Origin: Klebsiella pneumoniae
GTDB lineage: Bacteria > Pseudomonadota > Gammaproteobacteria > Ga0077536
Assembly (NCBI GenBank): GCA_945873015.1
Contig: CAMCBY010000002.1
Location: forward strand, 1 to 38,230
Direction: 5' to 3'
DNA: 38,230 bases
The notes below the pieces were generated by a model. It was not told the DNA's origin, searched no databases, and saw only the letters and a list, made by a program, of their open reading frames with translations. Positions 19,331 to 29,303 of this stretch are shown in pieces (position 1 is the first letter of the stretch; the number at the start of each line of letters is the position of its first letter). The position numbers were made by a program, and so were the translations under genes.

Positions 19331-20817
19331 TGGCCAGTTCGCTCGCCCCCCGCATGACGCTTGCGGAGTTGTTGCAGGACATTGTGACCGTGCCTGCGGC
19401 GCTAGACAGACATATCGAGGACATCACGCTCGACAGCCGCGAAGTGCGCGCCGGCAGTTGTTTCCTGGCGTTGGCCGGGCATAAGGACGACGGCGGCCAC
19501 TACGCTGCCGACGCCATCGCCCGCGGTGCCATCGCGGTGCTTGCGGAACGCCCGCTGCCGGAGCTGCACACTCACGTGCCGGTATTGCACAACGCACAAC
19601 TGCGTCAGCAGCTCGGTACGTTCGCCAATCGTTTTTTTGATACTCCGTCGGCCGCACTCACGTTGTGTGCGGTGACCGGTACCAACGGCAAAACCACCGT
19701 TGCCCACCTGCTGGCGCAGGCGGTCGAGCATATGGGCGAAGCGGCGGGATACATCGGCACGCTCGGTGCCGGCGCGCTTGCGGATCTCAAGCCGTTGGCC
19801 AACACCACCCCCGATATCATCACCATCAACCGCTGGCTGGCCGCGAGCCGCCGGCGTGGTTGTTCGCTGGTGGCGCTGGAAGCCTCGTCCCACGCACTGT
19901 CCCAACAGCGTCTGGCCGGGCTTCACATCAAGGTCGGCGCATTCACCAATCTCGGCCACGATCACCTCGATTACCACATCGACGTCGATGCCTATGGCGC
20001 CGCCAAGCGGCGCCTGTTCGTTCATCCTGACCTGCATGCCGCGGTCATCAACATCGATGATGTACTCGGCGCGCAGATTGCGCTCACCCAGCCCGCATCT
20101 GATCAGTTGTGGACCTGCTCATCGCGCGATGCCGGCGCGCGCCTGCGCGCCGATGGCATCGTGGCGACTGCCACCGGCATGCAGTTCACGCTTGATATCG
20201 ACGGTTGGCGCCAGCGTATCGCGAGCCGTCTGGCCGGGCGCTTCAATGTCGATAATCTGCTGACGGTGTGCGGATTGTTGCTCGCCAGTGGTTATGACCG
20301 CGAGGCCGTGGCCGAGGTGTTACCCATGCTGCATGGCGTGACGGGGCGGGCCGAGGAATGCGCGCAGACCGCCAGAGGTGCACGCGTATTCGTCGACTAT
20401 GCGCATACGCCCGACAGTCTGACCGCGATCCTGGCGACCCTCCGTGAGCTCATGCCGCGTCGCATCGTGGTGGTGTTCGGCTGTGGCGGTGGGCGCGATC
20501 GAAGCAAGCGCCCGGTGATGGGTGCGATCGCGGAGCGCGACGCCGAGCGGGTGATTGTGACAGCGGACAATCCGCGCGACGAGGATGCCGCGACCATCGC
20601 CGCCGAAATCTGTACAGGCATGCGCCGCCCGCAGGCTGTCAGCGTGATAGTTGACCGTGCGCTCGCGATCCGCACGGCCCTCTGCGAAGCCGACGCGGGA
20701 GATTTTATTCTCATCGCCGGTAAGGGCCACGAGCGTACCCAGGAAAGCGGCGGCCAGATGACCGCTTTCAGCGATCACGCCGAGATAGCCCGGGTGCTGG
20801 CGGAGCAGCGCGCATGA
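19327..20817 (+). CDS. murE: UDP-N-acetylmuramoyl-L-alanyl-D-glutamate--2,6-diaminopimelate ligase
   Basis: Mur ligase P-loop VTGTNGKTTVAHLL, EASSH, DNPR with a downstream GKGHE-type block. ATG 19327 forms an ATGA overlap with the ftsI stop (ATG 19330 is an alternative). The track start at 19279 extends over ftsI. Confidence 0.95.
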   Translation: MMASSLAPRMTLAELLQDIVTVPAALDRHIEDITLDSREVRAGSCFLALAGHKDDGGHYAADAIARGAIAVLAERPLPELHTHVPVLHNAQLRQQLGTFANRFFDTPSAALTLCAVTGTNGKTTVAHLLAQAVEHMGEAAGYIGTLGAGALADLKPLANTTPDIITINRWLAASRRRGCSLVALEASSHALSQQRLAGLHIKVGAFTNLGHDHLDYHIDVDAYGAAKRRLFVHPDLHAAVINIDDVLGAQIALTQPASDQLWTCSSRDAGARLRADGIVATATGMQFTLDIDGWRQRIASRLAGRFNVDNLLTVCGLLLASGYDREAVAEVLPMLHGVTGRAEECAQTARGARVFVDYAHTPDSLTAILATLRELMPRRIVVVFGCGGGRDRSKRPVMGAIAERDAERVIVTADNPRDEDAATIAAEICTGMRRPQAVSVIVDRALAIRTALCEADAGDFILIAGKGHERTQESGGQMTAFSDHAEIARVLAEQRA

Positions 20818-22178
20818 TCAGCATGTCAGTCTCTGCCGCCGCTGCCGCACTCGACGCGCGCCTGCTCGGTGCCGACGTCGAGTTCAGCGGCGTCAGCACA
20901 GACACCCGCTGCCTTGAGCGCGGGCAGTTGTTTTTTGCGCTGCGCGGACCGAATTTCGACGCCCACGACAAACTCAACGAGGCAGCGGCCGCTGGTGCAG
21001 TTGCGGCGGTGGTGGAGCGCGCCATGCCGTGTGCCCTCCCGCAACTGGTGGTGGCCGATACGCGTCACGCACTCGGTGTGTTGGCGCGCGACTGGCGTCT
21101 GCGCTTCGACGTACCTGTGCTGGCCGTGACCGGCAGTGCCGGCAAAACCACCGTCAAGGAAATGCTGGCTGCCATCATGCGTACCCAGGGGCCGGTGCTT
21201 GCTACGCGCGGCAATCTGAATAACGACATTGGTCTGCCGCTGACCTTGTTTCAACTCGATAGCAGTCATCGTTCTGTGGTGCTCGAGATGGGCGCCAATC
21301 ATGTCGGCGATGTTGCGTTGCTGGCGGAAATCGCCCGTCCGCAGATAGGCGTTATCACGCTGTGCGCACCATGCCATCTGGAAGGTTTTGGCAGCATCGA
21401 AGCCGTGGCGCGCACCAAGGGCGAACTGTTTGCCGGTTTACCTGCGCAGGGTGTTGCGGTCGTCAACAATGAGGATGTGCAGGCGCCCGTGTGGCGCAAT
21501 CTTGCCGGCTCACGCCGCATATCGAGTTTTGGTGCGGGTGCTGATTTCAGCGCCGATGAGATTGGTGTCAGTGGCGATGGCAGCACATTCATGCTGCGCG
21601 CTCCCCACGGCAGCGTGCACATCACGCTCCATCATCGTGGCCTGCATAACGTGCGTAACGCACTGGCGGCTGCCGCTGCGGCCAGCGCGGCCGGCGTCAC
21701 GCTCGCTGACATTCAGCGTGGCCTCGCCGAGGCCGGCTCGGTCAATGGTCGTTTGCAATACCGCGCTGGTATCGACGGCTGTCGACTGATTGACGACAGC
21801 TATAACGCCAACCCGGCTTCAATCGCCGCTGCCCTCGAGGTGTTGGCCGCTGAGCCGGCGCCGCGTTGGCTGGTGTTCGGCGATATGCGCGAACTCGGAC
21901 CGGAAGCCAGCGACTATCACCGTGCGGTCGGCGCACAGGCGGCCAGCGCGGGGGTGCTGCGCATGTTTACTTACGGCGCGCTTGCGCGGCATGCCGCCGA
22001 GCGTTTCAACGGCATCGCCGTGCATGGCGACGATCATCCGCGCCTGCTCGACGCACTGCGCGAAGCGCTGGCGCAAAACGTGACGGTGCCGCCGACCATC
22101 TTAATCAAAGGTTCGCGGGCGATGGCCCTCGACCAGGTCGCGAATGCGCTCGCCGCAAGAGGTGACGTCGCATGTTGA
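20814..22178 (+). CDS. murF: UDP-N-acetylmuramoyl-tripeptide--D-alanyl-D-alanine ligase
   Basis: [15 protein letters not shown]-loop, [30 protein letters not shown] overlap with the murE stop. Confidence 0.95.
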   Translation: MISMSVSAAAAALDARLLGADVEFSGVSTDTRCLERGQLFFALRGPNFDAHDKLNEAAAAGAVAAVVERAMPCALPQLVVADTRHALGVLARDWRLRFDVPVLAVTGSAGKTTVKEMLAAIMRTQGPVLATRGNLNNDIGLPLTLFQLDSSHRSVVLEMGANHVGDVALLAEIARPQIGVITLCAPCHLEGFGSIEAVARTKGELFAGLPAQGVAVVNNEDVQAPVWRNLAGSRRISSFGAGADFSADEIGVSGDGSTFMLRAPHGSVHITLHHRGLHNVRNALAAAAAASAAGVTLADIQRGLAEAGSVNGRLQYRAGIDGCRLIDDSYNANPASIAAALEVLAAEPAPRWLVFGDMRELGPEASDYHRAVGAQAASAGVLRMFTYGALARHAAERFNGIAVHGDDHPRLLDALREALAQNVTVPPTILIKGSRAMALDQVANALAARGDVAC

Positions 22179-23254
22179 TGGTGCTCGCAGAATGGCTGGC
22201 GCAGTATCACTCGGGCTTCGATGTGTTCCGCTACCTGACCTTGCGCACGATTCTCGGCGTACTGACTTCGTTGTTCATCGCGCTCGTGGTCGGGCCGAAA
22301 ATGATTCACTACCTGGCCAAATTCCAGATTGGTCAGACCATTCGTGAAGACGGTCCACAATCTCATCTATCCAAGGCCGGCACCCCGACCATGGGCGGGC
22401 TGTTGATTCTGGTCTCGATCGCCGCCAGTACGCTGTTATGGGCCAACCTCAATAATCGTTTTGTATGGATAGTGCTGGCGACTACGCTGGCGTTTGGTGC
22501 GGTCGGCTGGTACGACGATTATCTCAAGCTGGTGCGGCGCAATTCCAAGGGCCTTGCCGCACGTTACAAGATGTTCTGGCAGTCGATTGGTGCGATCGGC
22601 GCGGCGGCGGCGCTGTTTTTCACCGCGCAGTCACCGACCGAGACGCAGCTCATCGTGCCACTGGTCAAAAGTGTCGCCATCGATCTCGGCTGGATGTATT
22701 TCGTGGTGGCCTATTGCGTGATCGTCGGCACCAGCAACGCGGTCAATCTGACCGATGGTCTCGACGGTCTGGCGGTATTGCCGACGGTGATGGTGGCGGC
22801 CGCCTTGATCGTGTTTGCCTATGTGGCCGGCAACGTCAAGTTCGCCCATTACCTGTCGGTGCCCTATGTACATGGCGTCGGCGAGGTCTGCGTGTTCTGC
22901 GGCGCGATCGTCGGTGCCGGGCTGGGCTTTTTGTGGTTCAACACCTACCCAGCCATGGTTTTTATGGGCGACATCGGCGCGCTCGCGCTCGGCGCCGCGA
23001 TCGGCACCGTGGCACTGACCGTGCGCCAGGAACTGGTGCTGGTCATCATGGGCGGCGTGTTCGTGATGGAAACGGTGTCGGTGATTCTGCAGGTCGCCTC
23101 TTTCAAGCTGACCGGCAGACGCATCTTTCGCATGGCACCCATCCACCATCATTTCGAATTGAAGGGCTGGCCCGAACCGCGCGTCATCGTGCGTTTCTGG
23201 ATCATCACGGTGGTGCTGGTGCTGGCCGCACTGGCGACCTTGAAGATACGTTGA
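22172..23254 (+). CDS. mraY: Phospho-N-acetylmuramoyl-pentapeptide transferase
   Basis: 360 aa, near-colinear with E. coli MraY ([77 protein letters not shown]). 7-nt overlap with murF. Confidence 0.97.
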   Translation: MLMVLAEWLAQYHSGFDVFRYLTLRTILGVLTSLFIALVVGPKMIHYLAKFQIGQTIREDGPQSHLSKAGTPTMGGLLILVSIAASTLLWANLNNRFVWIVLATTLAFGAVGWYDDYLKLVRRNSKGLAARYKMFWQSIGAIGAAAALFFTAQSPTETQLIVPLVKSVAIDLGWMYFVVAYCVIVGTSNAVNLTDGLDGLAVLPTVMVAAALIVFAYVAGNVKFAHYLSVPYVHGVGEVCVFCGAIVGAGLGFLWFNTYPAMVFMGDIGALALGAAIGTVALTVRQELVLVIMGGVFVMETVSVILQVASFKLTGRRIFRMAPIHHHFELKGWPEPRVIVRFWIITVVLVLAALATLKIR

Positions 23255-23256
23255 GC

Positions 23257-24627
23257 ATGGCCGCCATGACCGCCACTTCCACTTCTACCGCGACGCCGCT
23301 GGCGGATTACGCGGTGGTCGGGCTCGGTATCACGGGCCTGTCTTGTGTGCGTTATCTCGCCGCTCGAGGTGTGTCGGTGCTGGCCATGGACAGCCGCGCC
23401 GCGCCGCCCAATCTCGAACTCGTGCAGCGCGAGTTTCCGGACGTCAACGTCGTGATTGGTACGCTCGACGCCGAAACTTTATGCCGCTGCCGTCATATCG
23501 TCTTGAGCCCCGGCCTGTCGCTGGCGGAACCCGCCATCCAGGCCGCGCGTGAGGCCGGTGTGGAAGTCATCGGTGATATCGAGCTGTTCGCGCGCGCCGC
23601 CAACGCGCCGGTCATTGCCATCACGGGCACCAATGGCAAGAGTACGGTCACGACTTTGGTCGCGCGCATGCTTGAGGCCGATGGCTATCGCGTGCGTGTC
23701 GGCGGCAACCTCGGCACACCGGCGCTCGACCTGTTGGAAGTGGTCGCACCTGATTGTTATGTCTTGGAGCTGTCGAGCTTTCAACTCGAGACCACCAGCA
23801 CGCTCGCGCCGCGCGTGGCGTGTATCCTCAACATCACGCCCGACCATCTCGATCGTTACGCGAGTTTTGCTGAGTACCGCGATGCCAAGGCAAGCATCCT
23901 GCGCCGTGCCGAGCAGGCCGTGCTCAATGCCGACGATGAAGTGACGATGCAGCTCGCGTGTGCCGCACCACGCACTGTTTTTACGCTCGGCACGCCCGCC
24001 GTCGGCGAATACGGTCTGCGCAGCGAGAAGCAAGGAGAACAACTGGTCGGCCCGCACGACACCCTGTTGGCGACCGACGCGCTCAAGCTGGTCGGCCGTC
24101 ACAATATCGCCAATGCACTGGCGGCGATCGCGGTGTGCCATGCGTTTGGTGCGCGCGGCGCGCAGTTACTGAACGCACTGGCAAACTTCGCCGGCCTCGA
24201 GCATCGCGCGCAACTGGTCGCGACCATTGCCGAGGTGCGTTACATCAACGATTCCAAAGCGACCAATTCCGGCGCGGCCTGCGCCACCATCCGTGGCCTG
24301 TGTCACCAACGCGGTGGCGTGCTGATTGCGGGCGGCGAACCTAAAGAGCCGGACTTCAGCGAATTCGCCGATACCGTCGTCGCGCACATGCACACGGTGG
24401 TGCTCATCGGTCGCGCGGCGCCGCAATTCGCGGCCGCCATTGGCGCGCGTATTCCGACCTTGTTCGCCGCCGATATGCGCGCCGCGGTCGCCACCGCCGC
24501 CAGTGCTGCGCGGCCCGGCGACATGGTGCTGCTGTCGCCGGCCTGCGCGAGCTTTGATATGTACGCCAACTACGCCGCACGCGGTCACGCGTTTCGCGAC
24601 GCCGTGCTGGAACGGAGCCGCGCATGA
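23257..24627 (+). CDS. murD: UDP-N-acetylmuramoylalanine--D-glutamate ligase
   Basis: VVGLGITGLS Rossmann N-terminus, ITGTNGKSTVTTLV P-loop, LELSSFQLE, NITPDHLDR, NDSKATN. ATG 23257 lies 2 nt after the mraY stop. The 720-aa track ORF from 22465 is this frame staying open across mraY. Confidence 0.95.
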   Translation: MAAMTATSTSTATPLADYAVVGLGITGLSCVRYLAARGVSVLAMDSRAAPPNLELVQREFPDVNVVIGTLDAETLCRCRHIVLSPGLSLAEPAIQAAREAGVEVIGDIELFARAANAPVIAITGTNGKSTVTTLVARMLEADGYRVRVGGNLGTPALDLLEVVAPDCYVLELSSFQLETTSTLAPRVACILNITPDHLDRYASFAEYRDAKASILRRAEQAVLNADDEVTMQLACAAPRTVFTLGTPAVGEYGLRSEKQGEQLVGPHDTLLATDALKLVGRHNIANALAAIAVCHAFGARGAQLLNALANFAGLEHRAQLVATIAEVRYINDSKATNSGAACATIRGLCHQRGGVLIAGGEPKEPDFSEFADTVVAHMHTVVLIGRAAPQFAAAIGARIPTLFAADMRAAVATAASAARPGDMVLLSPACASFDMYANYAARGHAFRDAVLERSRA

Positions 24628-25892
24628 GCGTCACCGCCGAAGCCGTCGGTCAGGCCAAGCCTCAGATTGTGCGTGGCGAGATGCCGTCGTCTCCCTATGA
24701 CATCTGGCTCATTGGCGGCGCGTTTGCACTGTTGTGTGTGGGGCTGATCATGGTGGTCTCGACCTCGGTCTCGATCGCCGAACACCGCGACATGACGCAG
24801 CTCTATTATTTCAAGCGGCAGTTGTTTGCGGCGGGGCTCGGCATAGTGGGCGCCGGTGTGCTGATGCGTACGCCGCTGGTCTATTTCGAACAATGGAGTA
24901 CGCCGCTGCTGTTCGTCGCAATAGCTTTCCTGATTGCCGTATTGCTGCCGGGACTCGGTCACGAGGTCAACGGCTCGATGCGCTGGCTGGGTTTTGGTTT
25001 TTTCACCATTCAAACCTCGGAACCGGCCAAGGTCGCGGTGGCGGTCTATGTGGCAGCCTATCTGGTGCGACACATCAAACAGGTGCGCACTGACTTCATC
25101 GGCTTCATCAAACCTATCGGCGTCATCACCCTGATTGCGGGCCTGCTGCTGCTGGAGCCTGATTTCGGCACAGCCGTGGTGCTGTTCACGACGGTGCTCG
25201 GCATGTTGTTCCTGGCCGGTGTGCCCTATGTGCGTTTCTTTTTCTGGGGTCTCGCGGCGCTGTCCGCGCTGGCGGCACTGTCGATGCTCGCGCCCTATCG
25301 ACTGGCGCGTCTCATGACCTTCATGGACCCGTGGTCCGACCCGTTCAACACCGGTTTTCAGTTGACCCAGGCGCTGATCGCTTTCGGTCGCGGCGAGTGG
25401 TTCGGTGTCGGTCTCGGCAATTCAGTGCAGAAGCTGTTCTATCTGCCCGAAGTGCACACCGACTTCGTATTTGCGGTGATCGCCGAGGAAGGTGGATTCG
25501 TCGGCTGCCTGACGGTCATCGGTCTGTTCGTATTTCTGATCTGGCGCATCTTCTATGTCGGCGGTCAGGCCGAGCGAGCCAATCTGTTGTTCGCAGCCTA
25601 TGTGACTTATGGCATCGGTTTGCTGATTGGTATCCAGGCCTTCGTCAACATCGGCGTGAACATGGGCATCCTGCCGACCAAGGGTCTGCCGCTGCCGTTC
25701 CTGAGTTATGGCAGCAATAATCTGGTGGTCACTCTCGGTGCCATTGGCATTGCATTGCGGGCTGGCTTCGAAGCGCACGAGGTGACCCACCCGCGGGTTG
25801 CCGCCCCTCAGATCATGACGGCACCGCCGACCTCGGTGCCGGCCGATGACGATGAAGAATACGGCGACGATGAGGAACTGGCGCGTGACTAG
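24624..25892 (+). CDS. ftsW: Peptidoglycan glycosyltransferase FtsW (SEDS family)
   Basis: 422-aa polytopic SEDS protein (QTSEPAK, PDFGT, TDF.FAVI.EE.G, LP.KGLPLPF.SYG.S). ATGA overlap with the murD stop. It has an acidic C-terminal tail. Confidence 0.94.
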   Translation: MSVTAEAVGQAKPQIVRGEMPSSPYDIWLIGGAFALLCVGLIMVVSTSVSIAEHRDMTQLYYFKRQLFAAGLGIVGAGVLMRTPLVYFEQWSTPLLFVAIAFLIAVLLPGLGHEVNGSMRWLGFGFFTIQTSEPAKVAVAVYVAAYLVRHIKQVRTDFIGFIKPIGVITLIAGLLLLEPDFGTAVVLFTTVLGMLFLAGVPYVRFFFWGLAALSALAALSMLAPYRLARLMTFMDPWSDPFNTGFQLTQALIAFGRGEWFGVGLGNSVQKLFYLPEVHTDFVFAVIAEEGGFVGCLTVIGLFVFLIWRIFYVGGQAERANLLFAAYVTYGIGLLIGIQAFVNIGVNMGILPTKGLPLPFLSYGSNNLVVTLGAIGIALRAGFEAHEVTHPRVAAPQIMTAPPTSVPADDDEEYGDDEELARD

Positions 25893-26964
25893 AACCGTCA
25901 TGATTGTCGCCGGTGGCACAGGTGGCCACGTCTATCCCGGCCTCGCAGTCGCCGAAGCGCTGCGCGCGCGTGATGTTGAACTGCACTGGATGGGCACCGA
26001 GCGCGGCATCGAAGCGCGGGTCGTGCCGCAGGCCGGTGTGCCGCTGGTCACCATCCCGGTCAGCGGTCTGCGTCGTCGTGGCTGGTGGCGTTGGCTGGCG
26101 GCGCCGTTGGTCGTGAGTTATGCCATCTGGTGCGCGTTGGCGGCGATGCGTCGCATTCGCCCGCAGGTGGTGCTCGGTATGGGCGGATTCGTCAGTGGGC
26201 CGGGTGGCATTGCCGCGTGGCTGAGTCGACGACCGCTCATCATTCATGAACAAAATGCCGTGCCGGGTTTAAGCAATCGCATCTTGAGTCATTTCGCGCG
26301 GCGCGTATTGCAGGGGTTTCCTGGCAGTTTCGCCGCTTCGGTGGGGGCCATTACGACCGGCAATCCGGTGCGCGCCGATATCGCCGCCATCGTTGCGCCG
26401 GCCGCACGCAGCCACGATGCGGCGGCGCTGAAAGTGCTGGTGTTCGGTGGCAGTCGCGGTGCCCGCGCATTAAACGAACGGTTGCCGCAGGCGCTGGCGG
26501 CCTGTGGCGTTGTGAACATCTCGGTGCGCCATCAATGCGGCGCGGACGATGTCGCCGCGACCGAAGCGCGTTATCGGCAGATCAGCAATGTCGCTGCGGT
26601 GAATGTCGTGCCTTATATCGACGACATGCCGGCCGCTTATGCGTGGGCCGATCTGGTCATCGCGCGCGCTGGCGCCAGCAGCATCGCCGAAATTGCCGCC
26701 TGCGGCGTGGCCTCCATCCTCATCCCTTATCCCTATGCGGTCGACGACCACCAGACCGCCAATGCGCGTTATCTGGCCAACGTCGAGGCGGCGTTGTTGA
26801 TGCCGGAAGCGGGGCTCAGTGTGGAAAGTCTGGCGTTCGAGATTGGGCGCTTGCTCAACGACGCCACCATACGTGGAGCGATGGCGGAGCGCGCGCGGGC
26901 ACAGGCTCGTCCCCACGCGACTGCCGAGGTCGCGGCACAATGTCTGGAGTTCATCGATGCATGA
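25885..26964 (+). CDS. murG: UDP-N-acetylglucosamine--N-acetylmuramyl-(pentapeptide) pyrophosphoryl-undecaprenol N-acetylglucosamine transferase
   Basis: IVAGGTGGHVYPGLAVAEAL G-loop, HEQNAVPG, GGS.GA, RAGASS.AE, HQT.NA. Start is ambiguous: GTG 25885 has GAGGA 8 nt upstream and an 8-nt overlap with ftsW; ATG 25846, 25870 and 25900 are alternatives. Confidence 0.92.
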   Translation: MTRTVMIVAGGTGGHVYPGLAVAEALRARDVELHWMGTERGIEARVVPQAGVPLVTIPVSGLRRRGWWRWLAAPLVVSYAIWCALAAMRRIRPQVVLGMGGFVSGPGGIAAWLSRRPLIIHEQNAVPGLSNRILSHFARRVLQGFPGSFAASVGAITTGNPVRADIAAIVAPAARSHDAAALKVLVFGGSRGARALNERLPQALAACGVVNISVRHQCGADDVAATEARYRQISNVAAVNVVPYIDDMPAAYAWADLVIARAGASSIAEIAACGVASILIPYPYAVDDHQTANARYLANVEAALLMPEAGLSVESLAFEIGRLLNDATIRGAMAERARAQARPHATAEVAAQCLEFIDA

Positions 26965-28363
26965 CCCTCACGGCACGCTCATGCATCGCGTCGAGCGTAT
27001 TCATTTTATCGGTGTTGGTGGCTCAGGCATGAGCGGCATCGCCGAAGTATTGTCCAATCTCGGCTACAAGGTCTCGGGTTCGGACCAGAGCAGCTCGCGG
27101 GTCACCGACAGACTACGCGCCGCCGGTGTGTCGGTATTGGGTTCCCATGTTGCCGGCAATGTCGATGGCGCCGACGTGGTGGTCTATTCGAGCGCGATTG
27201 CCGAGGACAACGTTGAACTGGTCGCCGCCCGCGCGCAGCGCATTCCGGTGGTGCCGCGCGCCGAGATGCTGGCTGAGCTCATGCGCTTCCGCCGCGGTAT
27301 CTGCATCGCCGGTACCCACGGCAAAACCACCACCACTTCGCTGGTGGCAACGGTGTTGGCCGAAGCGGGTCTCGATCCGACGTTTGTGGTCGGCGGTCTG
27401 GTCAAGAGCATCAACGCCAACGCGCGGCTGGGCGCCGGCCGTTACCTGGTCGCCGAGGCCGATGAGAGTGATGCATCGTTCCTGTTGCTGCATCCACTGG
27501 TGGCAGTGCTGACCAATGTCGATGCCGATCACATGGCGACCTATCACGGCGATTTTGCGGTACTGAAGGCGACCTTTGTCGAGTTCTTCCGGCGTCTGCC
27601 GTTCTATGGCGTGGCTTGCGTATGCCTCGACGATGCGCAGGCAGCATCACTCATCCCCGAGATTCGCGCGCGTGTCATTACCTATGGCGTGCATGAAGAC
27701 GCCGATGTGCGCGGGTATGACCTGCGTCATGTCGAGGGCCGCGAACATTTCCGTGTGGCCTTGAAGGGCGAGACAACCCAGCCGGAGGCGGAGTTTGTGC
27801 TGAACCTGCCCGGTGAACACAACGTGCAGAACGCGCTGGCTTCGATAGCCGTGGCGCGCGAACTGGGTGTTGATCTCGACGCCGCAAGACGTGCGCTGTC
27901 GGGCTTCCAGGGTATTGCGCGCCGTTGTCAGATTCATCACGGCATCGATATCGGTGCCAAGCGGGTCACCGTCATCGATGACTATGGTCATCACCCCAAG
28001 GAACTGGAAGCGGTGTTGAAGACTATCCGTCGCACCTTTCCCGAGCGGCGTCTGGTGGTGGTGTTCCAGCCCCATCGCTATACCCGCACGCGTGATCTGT
28101 TCGACGATTTTGCCGCCGTCTTGTCGCGCACCGATGTGCTGGTCTTGCTTGAAGTCTATGCCGCCGGTGAAACGCCGATTGCCGGCGCCGATGGTCGCGC
28201 GCTGGCACGCGCAATCCGCACCCGTGGCCACATCGACCCGGTGTTCGTCGCGGAACTCGGCGCGGTCAAGGACGTGCTCGCCGACATCGTTCATGATGGT
28301 GATGTCGTTGCATTGCTCGGCGCCGGCAACATCGGCGCCATCGCCGAGGCATTGGTGTCATGA
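26957..28363 (+). CDS. murC: UDP-N-acetylmuramate--L-alanine ligase
   Basis: IHFIGVGGSGMSGIAEVL, RAEMLAELMRFR, IAGTHGKTTTTSLV, EADESDASFL, DDYGHHP, FQPHRYTRTRDL match E. coli MurC blocks. ATG 26957 overlaps the murG stop by 8 nt; the track start at 26819 is an extension over murG. Confidence 0.96.
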   Translation: MHDPHGTLMHRVERIHFIGVGGSGMSGIAEVLSNLGYKVSGSDQSSSRVTDRLRAAGVSVLGSHVAGNVDGADVVVYSSAIAEDNVELVAARAQRIPVVPRAEMLAELMRFRRGICIAGTHGKTTTTSLVATVLAEAGLDPTFVVGGLVKSINANARLGAGRYLVAEADESDASFLLLHPLVAVLTNVDADHMATYHGDFAVLKATFVEFFRRLPFYGVACVCLDDAQAASLIPEIRARVITYGVHEDADVRGYDLRHVEGREHFRVALKGETTQPEAEFVLNLPGEHNVQNALASIAVARELGVDLDAARRALSGFQGIARRCQIHHGIDIGAKRVTVIDDYGHHPKELEAVLKTIRRTFPERRLVVVFQPHRYTRTRDLFDDFAAVLSRTDVLVLLEVYAAGETPIAGADGRALARAIRTRGHIDPVFVAELGAVKDVLADIVHDGDVVALLGAGNIGAIAEALVS

Positions 28364-28382
28364 ACACCGAGGAACGCCCAAG

Positions 28383-29303
28383 GTGTCGGACTTGAACGCC
28401 CAGCTCGACATGAGCCGCGCACCCTGGCGCGGTGTCTATCGTCGCGGCGAGCCCTTGGCGCGCCATTGCAGTTGGCGTTGTGGTGGGCCGGCCGAGCATT
28501 ATTTCGAACCGGCTGATCGCACCGATCTGCTGGCATTTCTTGCCGGCAATGGCATCGATCCATTGTTCTGGCTGGGGCTCGGCAGCAATCTTCTGATCCG
28601 TGATGGCGGGCTGCGCGGCACGGTGATTTCGACCGCCAATCTCGCCGGCAATCAGTGGTTCGATCCTGAACATTTATATGTCGAGGCCGGCGTGCCCTGC
28701 GCACGTATCGCACGTGCGGCGGCGGCACAGGACCGTGGCGGTCTCGAATTTCTGGCCGGCATACCCGGCACACTCGGCGGCGCATTGCGCATGAACGCCG
28801 GAGCGCTGGGCGGTGAGATCTGGCAGTTCGTGCAATGGGCGGAACTGGTTGACCGTCGCGGTCAGGTCACACGTATCGCGCGCGACGAGTTTGTCGCCAG
28901 TTATCGTCGTGTGCAGCAGCCCCAACCCGGTTGGTTCATCGCCGCGCTGCTGCATGTGCCGAGTGACGCGCAGGGCGAGGGCAATGAGCGTATTCGTGAG
29001 GTGCTCGCAAAACGCAGTGCCACTCAGCCGACCGGCAAAGCCTCGTGTGGTTCGGTGTTCAAGAATCCGCCCGGCGATTACGCCGGCCGCCTGATTGAAG
29101 CCTGTGGTCTGAAGGGTTATCGCATTGGTGGCTGTGAGGTTTCGACCGTACACGCCAATTTTATCGTCAACGACGCCGGCGCACTGTCGGTTGAGGTTGA
29201 ACAGCTGATTCGCCATGTGCAGGACACCGTACTTGCGCGCACCGGTGTTGAACTCGAGACCGAAGTGCAAATCGTCGGCGAAACGCTGGAGGCGCTGTCA
29301 TGA
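28383..29303 (+). CDS. murB: UDP-N-acetylenolpyruvoylglucosamine reductase (short, about 300 aa form)
   Basis: FAD-binding domain blocks (LG.GSNLL..D, GLEFLAGIPGT.GGA..MNAGA.G), SYR, QP....SCGS.FKNP, GL.G...GG..VS..HANF.VN. Start is GTG 28383 (GAGGAA 8 nt upstream) or ATG 28410; the track start at 28092 extends over murC. Confidence 0.9.
   Translation: MSDLNAQLDMSRAPWRGVYRRGEPLARHCSWRCGGPAEHYFEPADRTDLLAFLAGNGIDPLFWLGLGSNLLIRDGGLRGTVISTANLAGNQWFDPEHLYVEAGVPCARIARAAAAQDRGGLEFLAGIPGTLGGALRMNAGALGGEIWQFVQWAELVDRRGQVTRIARDEFVASYRRVQQPQPGWFIAALLHVPSDAQGEGNERIREVLAKRSATQPTGKASCGSVFKNPPGDYAGRLIEACGLKGYRIGGCEVSTVHANFIVNDAGALSVEVEQLIRHVQDTVLARTGVELETEVQIVGETLEALS

Noticed and set aside
22465-23256. 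720-aa + ORF 22465-24627, suggesting a giant MurD with a 264-codon N-terminal extension
   Set aside because: The extension overlaps mraY in a different frame and translates to an Arg/Gly/Asp-rich string. MurD homology begins at ATG 23257, 2 nt after the mraY stop.
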